A stretch of DNA of 64,000 nucleotides from the human T2T-CHM13v2.0 reference genome, Homo sapiens, in NCBI RefSeq assembly GCF_009914755.1, contig NC_060927.1; one strand, written 5' to 3'. The notes beneath the pieces were generated by a model. It worked only from the letters and a program-made list of their open reading frames with translations, was not told the DNA's origin and did no database searches. A program made the translations under genes and the position numbers. Position 1 is the stretch's first letter; every line of letters starts with the position of its first letter. Below are positions 55,141 through 64,000 of the stretch, piece after piece.

Positions 55141-55726
55141 TTTTAACCCATGCAGACATTGTCTTGCTGTACAATAATACAAGGCATTTGGGGCTGTTTT
55201 TCTGACCCTGACACTGTTGCTGGGCTGAGAATTACTCTGCCAGTGTCCAGATGAGATACTGAGCCACCAGGATTTAAATCTTCAACTTACCTTTGCTCCA
55301 AGTGATATGATTAAGCAGAGATTACTTAACCCAAGCCCCAGTGAGTCATTCCAAACCCTTGAATCAGTCTGACAAATCCACAAAGCTTCTGTTGAATTAC
55401 TGCCTTGGAGAATTCTTTGCCTGACTGGTTGAACACTGGATGACTGCAAGCCTGATGATTTATAGAAAGGCACAAGTCTGACCCAATGGGCACACCCATT
55501 GTATTTCTACAGAGAAGAAATATCTTTGGAGTTAAATTGGTAGGTCCCAAATGAATCAATAGAGCAGCACATGTGGTATGCTATCACTTGTGGAAGAGAA
55601 AATATATATCTTCTGTATATACAAAAAAGGATAGATATAGATTAAGATATGGATATATAGATATGATATAGCTATATGGGAGGGTGAGGACTGGCTGAGA
55701 CTTTTCATTATCCTTTCATAACTTTT

Positions 55727-57160
55727 TAAAATTTAATTTAATTTTTAATTTCAACTTCTATTTTAGATATGGGGTTATATGTGCAGATTTTTTACGTGAG
55801 AATATTACATGATACTGAGGTTTGGAGTACAAATCCTGTAACCCTCGTAGTGAGCATAGTACTTGATAGGTAGTTTTTTAACTTCACCATGCCCTCTAGT
55901 AGTCCACAGTCTCTACTGTTCCCATATTTATGTCCATGTATGCTCAAAGCTTATGTCCATGTGTTCTCACTTATAAGTGAGAACATGCAGTATTTAGTTT
56001 TCTGTTCTTGCATTTATTTGCTTACAATTATGGCCTGCAGCTCCATCCATGTTACAGCAAAGGACATGACTTTATTCTTTTTTTATGGCTGCATAGTATT
56101 CCATGGTATATATGTATCACATTTTCTTTATCCAATCCACCATTGATGGGCACCTGGGTTGATTCCATGTCTTTGCTATTGTGAACAGTGTAGCACTGAA
56201 CACATGAGTGCATGTGTCTTTTTGGTAGAATGATTTACTTTCTTTTGGGTATATACCCAGTAATGGGATTGCTGGGTTGAAATGTAGCTCTGCTTTAAGT
56301 TCTTTGAGAAATCTCCAGACTGCTTTTCACAGTGGCTAGACTAATTTACATTCCCACCAGCAGTGTATAAGCTTTCCCTTTTCTCTGCAACCTCTCCAGC
56401 ACCTGTTGTTTTTTTGACTTTTTAATAACAGCCATTCTGATTGAGATGGTATTTCACTGTGGTTTTGATTTGCATTTCTCTGGTGATTAGTGATGCTGAG
56501 CATTTTTTCATGTTTCTTGGTGACATGTATGACTTCTTTTGAGAAGTGTCTGTTCAGGTCCTTTGCCCATTTTTCAATGAAGTTATTTGTTTATTGCCTG
56601 TTGGTTTAAGTTCCCCATAGATTCTGGATATTAGGTCTTTGTCAGATGTATACTTTGCAAATATCTTCTCCCATTATGCAGGTTGTCTGTTTGCTCTGCT
56701 GATAGTTTCTTTTGCTGAGCAGAAGCTCTTTGGTTTAATTAGGTCTCACTTTTCTATTTTTGTTTTTGTTGCAACTACTTTTGGAAACTTAGCCAAAAAT
56801 TCCTTGCCAAGGCTGATGTTGAGAAGGGTATTTCCTGGGTTGTTTTCCAGGATTTTTATAGTTTGAGGCCTTACATTTAAACCTTTAATCCATTCTGAGT
56901 TATTTTTGGATTATGGTGAAAAGTCAGGGTCCAGCTTCGATCTTCTGCATATAGCTAGCCAGTTATCCCAGCACCATTTATTGAATAGGGAGTCCTTTCC
57001 CCATTGTTTGTTTTTCTTGGCCTTGTCAAAGATCAGATGGTTGTAGGTGTGTGGCTTTATTTCTGAGTTTTCTATTCTGTTCCATTGGTCTATGGTCTGT
57101 TCCATTGGTCTATGTGTTGTTTTTGTACCAGTACCAAGCTGTTGTGTTACTGTGGCTTTA
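55727..57160 (-). mobile_element. L1PA16-like element, non-inverted 3' segment
   Basis: T-rich tail, reverse L1PA16-type 3'UTR, then ORF2 up to TGTACCAGTACCAAGCTG. Confidence 0.9.
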
Positions 57161-57926
57161 TAAGAGCCATCTATGAAAAACTGACAGCCATCATTATACC
57201 AAATAGGCAAAAGCTGGAACCATTCCCCTTGAGAACTGGAACAAGACAAGGATGCCCATTCTTACCACTCCTATTCAACATAGTACCGGAATTATTAGAG
57301 AAATCAGGCAAGAGAAAGAAATAAGAGGCATCCGAATAGGACAGGAAGAAGTCAAACTATCTCTCTTCACTGATGATATGATTCTATTCCTAGAAAATCC
57401 TGACGACTCTGCTAAAGGCTCGTAAAATTGATGAATGACTTTAGCAAAGTTTCAGGATACAAAATCAATGTACAAAAATCGGTAGCATTTCTATACATCA
57501 ACAACATCCAGGCTGAGAGTGAAATCAAGAACACAATCCCTTTCACAATAGCCACAAAGAAAATAAAACACCTAGGAATACAGCTAACCAAGGAAGTGAA
57601 ATAACCCTACAAGGAGAGCTACAACACGCTGCTGAAAGAAATCAGAGATGACACAAATAAATGGAAAAACATTCCACACTCATGGATTAGAAGAATCTAA
57701 ATATTGTAAAAATGGCCATACTGTCCAAAGCAATTTACAGATTCAATGCTATTCCTATCAAACTACTAACATCATTCTTCATAAAATTAGAAAAAACTAT
57801 TCTAAAATTCATATGGAACTAAAGAGCCCAAAGAGTCAAAGCAATCCTAAGCAAAAATGAAACAAAGCAAAAAACAAAAACAACAGCAACAAAAAAACAA
57901 AACAAAGCTGTAGGCATTAAACTATG
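57161..57926 (+). mobile_element. Inverted 5' segment of the same L1 insertion
   Basis: Sense ORF2 sequence ([33 protein letters not shown]) ending at AACAAAGCTGTAGGCAT; outer TSD TTTCATAACTTTT/TTTCATAATTTT. Confidence 0.88.
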
Positions 57927-58054
57927 TTTCATAATTTTGAATTTTGTTTCATGTGCCTGTATTACCTATTTATTAAAATTTTTATATCAAAAATAGTGAA
58001 GGTCAAGTTCAAGAATTTCACTAATAATACAGTAATATTTTCTAGTCACCTTAT

Positions 58055-59043
58055 TGAGAGGTAACAGCATGCTGGCAGTCCTCACAGCCCTCGCTCGCTC
58101 TCTGCGCCTCCTCTGCCTGGGCTCCCACTTTGGCGGCACTTGAGGAGCCCTTCAGCCCACCGCTGCACTGTGGGAGCCCCTTTCTGGGCTGGCCAAGGCC
58201 AGAGCCGGTTCCCTCAGCTTGCAAGGAGGTGTGGAGGGAGAGGCGCGAGCGGGAACCCGGGCTGCGCGCGGCGCTTGCGGGCCAGCTGGAGTTCCGGGTG
58301 GGGGTGGGCTTGGCCGGCCCCGCACTCGGAGCAGCCGGCCGGCCCTGCCAGCCCCGGGCAATGAGGGGCTTAGCACCCGGGCCAGCGGCTGCGGAGGGTG
58401 TACTGGGTCCCCCAGCAGTGCCAGCCCACCGGCGCTGCGCTCGATTTCTCACCGGGCCTTAACTGCCTTCCCGCGGGGCAGGGCTCGGGACCTGCAGCCC
58501 GCCATGCCTGAGCCTCCCACTCCCTCCATGGGCTCCTGTGCGGCCCGAGCCTCCCCGATGAGCGCCACCCCCTGCTCCAAGGTGCCCAGTCCCATCGACC
58601 GCCCAAGGGCTGAGGAGTGGGGGGCGCACGGCACCGGGACTGGCAGGCAGCTCCACCTGCAACCCCGGTGCTGGATCCACTGGGTGAAGCCAGCTGGGTT
58701 CCTGAGTCTGGTGGGGATGTGGAGAACCTTTATGTCTAGCTCAGGGATTGTAAACGCACCAATCAGCGCCCTGTCGAAACAGACCACTGGGCTCTACCAA
58801 TCAGCAGGATGTGGGTGGGGCCAGATAAGAGAATAAAAGCAGGCTGCCTGAGCTAGCAGTGGCAACCCGCTTGGGTCCCTTTCCAGTCTGTGGAAGGTTT
58901 GTTCTTTCGCTCTTTGCAATAAATCTTGCTACTGCTCACTCTTTGGGTCCACACTGCCTTTAAGGGCTGTAACACTCACCGTGAGGGTCCACGGCTTCAT
59001 TCTTGAAGTCAGTGAGACCAAGAACCCACCAATTCCGGACACA
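58055..59043 (+). mobile_element. LTR12C-like (ERV9) solo LTR, CpG-rich
   Basis: TGAGAGGTAACAGCATGCTGGCAGTCCTCACAGCCCTCGCTCGC start, CCCACCAATTCCGGACACA end, perfect 4-bp TSD TTAT. Confidence 0.95.
58755..58865 (+). promoter_or_regulatory. ERV9 LTR core promoter (CCAAT boxes, GC/GT box, GATA, AATAAAA TATA-like element)
   Basis: CACCAATCAGC (~58758) and TACCAATCAGC (~58795), then GGGTGGGGC, CAGATAAG and GAATAAAAGC in canonical LTR12 order. Confidence 0.65.
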
Positions 59044-59136
59044 TTATGACCATTATTACAGGGTTGATCTCATAAAGGGCTAATAATTCCAAGGCAGTTT
59101 GGCAACATCCTTAATTACACAAAACTTAAATTTGTT

Positions 59137-59618
59137 GTGCTATGCAGCCCACCTGCAGTTTGCTGTCTTAGGAATCCAGTACTCTGCTTTGGCTGAAAGA
59201 AACTACATTTCCCAGGTTGCTTGGACCTCTGGTCCAGCTAGCTATAGCCAATGGAAGGCATGAGCACTAGAATGAGGGGTAAAAGGAAGAAAGAAGCCAG
59301 CGTATGTTTCTCTCTGTGTTCGCTGTGGTATTTCAAGCACCAGTAATGTCCCCTCTGTGGTCTCAGCTCCAACTGGAAAGTCTCTACTATGGTTCTAGTC
59401 CCCACAGAATGGCCCTGGGCTCTGATAATGCCACTTTCTGCTATTGTTCTTCCAGTCTTAAAGTGAGAGAAGGTTGCTAATCTCTGGAATTCTCCCTGCA
59501 TTTCATGTTTGGCTTCTCTGCTCTTCTGTTTCATAGGTAACCAATTCTTTATGTCAAATTTACTGTCAGAAAAACCTGGAACGGCTTGTTTTTCTGGCCA
59601 GAGGGCCTGACTGATATA
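59137..59618 (+). mobile_element. LTR33-like ERVL solo LTR
   Basis: AACTACATTTCCCAGG...GCCAATGGAAGGCA...TAACCAATTCTTTATGTCAAATT...CCTGACTGATATA; start approximate. Confidence 0.65.
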
Positions 59619-60987
59619 CTTCACATTTTCTGTTTCTTGCTTTGAAACACCCTTCTCCATGAGAAAGAAAAACAGCTCAGTAGTTTTTCATATAACATCT
59701 GACCTTAGATTCACATTGCAGAACTCCTAACATACTAGCTTTACGTTAGTTTTTTGCACCCCGCCCCTATATTTCATAACTACCATTCTTTATCTTTGCT
59801 TAATGCTATAGATGCCTTTTAAAAGGACACTATTTGTAGATACATGCATAGGCATAATGGCCACTGCATTCTTTTCAAAACAAGAACACTTACCTACAGC
59901 ATTAATTGTGGAAATTTCTCTGATCAAACTCCTGGGGCCAGAGGAGTTGCCCAAGCTGCCTGGGGCCACAGAAGTCACCCAAGCTGAGCTATTAGAGAAG
60001 GCTCATATTCAGAGTCTCTCTCCCACAGAGGTTTTAGGGGAAAATGACTGAGTGGTGCTCACGTGCAGACTCTACATTTCTCAGCTGGCTTTGTCTCAAG
60101 CTCTTCTGGTGTAAGAAATCAAAATCTCATTTCACTTGTTCCTCAGGAAAGACAATTATTCTCAACCAAGCCAGTGGCCTTTATTTAAAGGTCATGGGCT
60201 TATCTCTTGTCACCACAGAGTGCTCACCAGAGTTTATCCTAAGCCTAACTACTGCAGATTACACGTTCATGTGGGGTTTGCTAACACATTGTTCTAATTC
60301 ATCTGAAATGATTGGGTTTTCTCAACTCATATGCATCCGAATCACACTCTGGCCTGGTGAGTGTTATCCTCCTTCATAATTACAGGCTGTGTCTCACTCA
60401 TGGCTTCTGACTTATTCATGGCCCCTTACATCATGCTTTTCTGAACTCGAGTGGACTCCACCCCTTCTTACTGCCCCTGCACCTGTGGCCTCTTTTGTCC
60501 ACCTGCTGCAGGTGAGAATGCACCTCCTTTCTTCCTTGACAATCCCCTTTTCTAATGCTGGCCTGATCCTTCTAACCGCTAATCACAGCAATGTGGAGCT
60601 AACCTAAACCCTGCGCCCCATCCCACCTCAGCTATAGAATCTGTCCCCATCCCCATCCCTCTACTTTTCGCTTTTGAGCCAGTCTTACCCATCCTTTCAC
60701 CAATCCTGTTAATGTCCCACATATGGCCCCATCCTGCCACCCCAAAGGTCCTGTCCCTCTAACAACATGCCTTTGACTCTGACTGTTAAAGGTCAGGGTA
60801 ACACCATCTCTGGCATGGGAACAATCATAGCTATTGAATGTCCCATCCCCCTACACTGGCTATGTTAGGGGCCTAGTGTCTATCTCTCTTAGTCCTTTAA
60901 CTGCTCCCCAACAGAGCTTCAACTTCCTCTCACAAATCTCCCACCCATCCATCCATTGTTACCCCTGGCCTGACCCTGCCATAGCTA

Positions 60988-61152
60988 TAGAGACAGATTT
61001 ACCAAGGACACCAATGAAGCTTAAACTTCGGATGTCCTAGCTTGCACGGGCCCTTTGCAAGGTCTCATATCTAATTTTGTATTATTCTTCTTAAAGAGGG
61101 CCCCCCAAGTGGTCTAATCTTCAGGCCACTGCAAAGCCTGGACCTGCCCCTG
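60988..61152 (+). mobile_element. MER53 hAT MITE
   Basis: AATGAAGCTTAAACTTC...CTTGCACGGGCCC...CTTAAAGAGGGCCCCCCAA...CCTGGACCTGCCCCTG. Confidence 0.8.
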
Positions 61153-62571
61153 CTTAGGTGGTAGCTCCCTTGATTATCTTGGAATTAGGGAAATGTTCCC
61201 ACTCGCATTTCCATACTGCTTCCAGGAAAAATGTGCTTGTGGATAGAACTGAAATTGAACTTTGAATGCCCTCAACCTTAGAAACATTGTTAAACCTAGT
61301 GGTTAGTTTTAATTATAAGACAAGTGCTTGGTTTCAGCTGCTTTATAGGTTAAATAGGTTTTTTGCTGATCGGCTTTGGAAAACTACCATTGAACAAGTG
61401 ACTTGTAAACAAACTTCTGGAATGTAAACCACTTCTAAATTGTAGGCTTCAGGGACTTTGCATTAACAAAAGCCCATAAACCACAGCATATGTACCCTAT
61501 TTTATACCTTGTGTGGAAATTTATGTACAAATAGTGACATTTTGTCACATGAAAGAAATTACCCATTAAATTCAACCAAAAGTTGTAGTAATATGCAACT
61601 AGGCATGATTTATAACTATAGCAATCAGTCAACCTAGATTTTCTGAGGTAGTTCAATAAGAAATATTCTGCTCTATGATCACCGTGTGTGACTCCAGTTC
61701 ATTGTCATATGCTCAGAAACTAATACAGTATCTGGCACACAGTAGGCATTCAAGCAATGCATTCAAAATTAATGATTGTGTAAGACTGTTTGGCAAACTA
61801 TGTGCCCTGCTTTTGGTTTTAAAACTATGGTCACTGATTATAGTTATAATAAACATATACAAGCAATTTAATATTCCTTTTTATTATTTCTAAGTATACA
61901 TTGCTAACTATATAAATTTGTATAATTTTTCAAAACTCACCTCCAAAATAAAATAGCTTGGATTTCAGTGGAAAATGTATACATTAATGATTCTATCCTC
62001 AGTGAAAAAAAATGCTTTACCAAACAGTTACAGAGCTTCTTACACAGAATACTACATGTTTTTTTGTATTCATTCAGAGGAATGCTTTTATATCAACTTG
62101 GCATGTAAATCATTTTATTTTTAAAGAATCAGTATGGTTACAGCATTCTAACCTCCCACATAGTTCTGCTAAATGTTACAAATATGTTACACACACTCCA
62201 ATTTTTAGCCTAAGAACTTATTAACTTTTAATGAGACTATGGATTCTCTCCAGCAAGTAGATTAACCAGGTGAGTTTGATAAAGAAACCTTTTCATATAG
62301 ATTATCTTAATCCTTCTAAGAATCCAAAAGAATTAACTATAATAGAGGGATAACCAGAAAAGTCTTTGATTTCTGGATTCTGGACTATACTAGTATTACA
62401 AACTGCCTCTCCACTGCCTCTTCTGCTTCTCCTTTTATCCATTCACCACCGAAGAAGAGTCAACTGTTGGTGTTTGGGGAACAAGTTTCGGAAAAAAAAA
62501 AATAATTTAGATTGAAAATGAATTCTTGATTCTAGGAAAATTTATAGCACTGGCACTAGTTTGGGGATTGA

Positions 62572-63003
<432 letters not shown>

Positions 63004-64000
63004 TCTCCTGTCTTTTTTAATTTCCACTACAAGCACATTTCATCCTAAGTCACACACGAGCACGTCAGGAAATCTCTTGGTTCTGAATTGCAGCATGTGC
63101 ATGAGTCCATTTCCTTCCCTGTTAAGAACACCCCTTCCACTTGTACTCCTCATCCTTGACCAACAAAGTAAAGGACACAACCAACTCCCTTCTCCACAGA
63201 TCATGGCTTGTACTTTTCATGGCTGGGAATTTACCCAAAACAGACACCAAGTACAATAGATGTTACAGATGATTATTCCTGTAAGTACATAAGTGCTCTC
63301 TACACAATCCGGGAAACTTGTTGAAGTCTGGAGACGTTTTCAGAGTATCTGAAAGCCAGATTCCACTTAGCGGTTCTTTGAAGAGGAAAATTCCAGACAT
63401 TTCAAAGGGGCAGATCATTCAGACACCTGGTATTCCTTTTGCAAACCAGCTTCTATCCCCTCAACTCACTCCTTTTAAACACCATCAGAGGGTCATGAGA
63501 ACACTGTTTGAAATGGTGGCTCTTCAGAAAATACCAGGTTCTCCCACTTCAAACACAATCAACATAGTATTACTTCTTCCTGTGGTGTTCCTCCCTACCA
63601 GACATCGATGGAGGCATTCCCGCCTTTCCCATCTTTCTCTAATCTGTCCAAGCAGAGGGAGAGGACTTTTTCCTTCCTAGTCCCCTGAACTAGCTCAAAG
63701 AATATTCCCTGTGAAGAGCACTTCAGGCAAGATTTCATAAGATCTCAGGTCTACTGCTTTATTATACAGTTGTGGGCGAGAAGTGGGAATTGTGGGCAAG
63801 GAAGGCAGAGGTGAATTTAGTGCTTTAAAAAACCAGGGCACACAATGTGAAGTAACTCATTTCCTCTCTTTCCCTGGGGCTTGATGCAGCCTCTTCATAA
63901 CCTTGGTGTCCAGGTACAAGAGGAGAAGGGAGCAGTTTCATCTAGCTCCATGGAGATGGTCACGAAACTCTTTACTCACTTAACTTTCAGCAATTTGGGG

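Noticed and set aside
58051-58836. Cluster of long overlapping ORFs (up to 205 aa)
   Set aside because: All lie within the GC-rich LTR12C U3, where stop codons are scarce; no protein features.
63318-63680. 120-aa ORF (similarly 43912-44280, 59238-59660, 36114-36419)
   Set aside because: Non-ATG start or repeat overlap, no recognisable domain, and lengths within chance expectation for 64 kb in six frames.

Overview
This is eukaryotic, primate genomic DNA, most likely human or another ape, judged from its AluJ/AluS copies, L1PA16-like LINEs, a THE1 LTR and an LTR12C. It is an AT-rich intronic or intergenic stretch, roughly 35-40% recognisable interspersed repeats by eye. I recognise no protein-coding gene, tRNA, rRNA, known miRNA or CRISPR array. 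The ORF track is explained by Alu/L1/LTR sequence and chance ORFs, and I cannot name the locus. The well-supported content is a transposon record with many intact target-site duplications (TSDs). It includes solo LTRs (THE1B-like, LTR1-like, MLT1H-like, LTR12C, LTR33-like), several nested insertions, and an L1 with a twin-priming 5' inversion. There is also an old ~120-bp local duplication whose second copy is split by an LTR. More speculative signals are a repeat-free block dense in PBX/HOX, MEIS, TCF and AP-1 motifs (~8.0-9.4 kb), candidate minus-strand non-coding exons flanked by inverted Alus, a recursive-splice-site-like AG|GTGAGT, and a CpG-retaining regulatory-looking block at 42.4-44.2 kb. 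Repeat subfamily names come from recalled consensus sequences and need RepeatMasker/Dfam confirmation. I found no convincing novel biological system.
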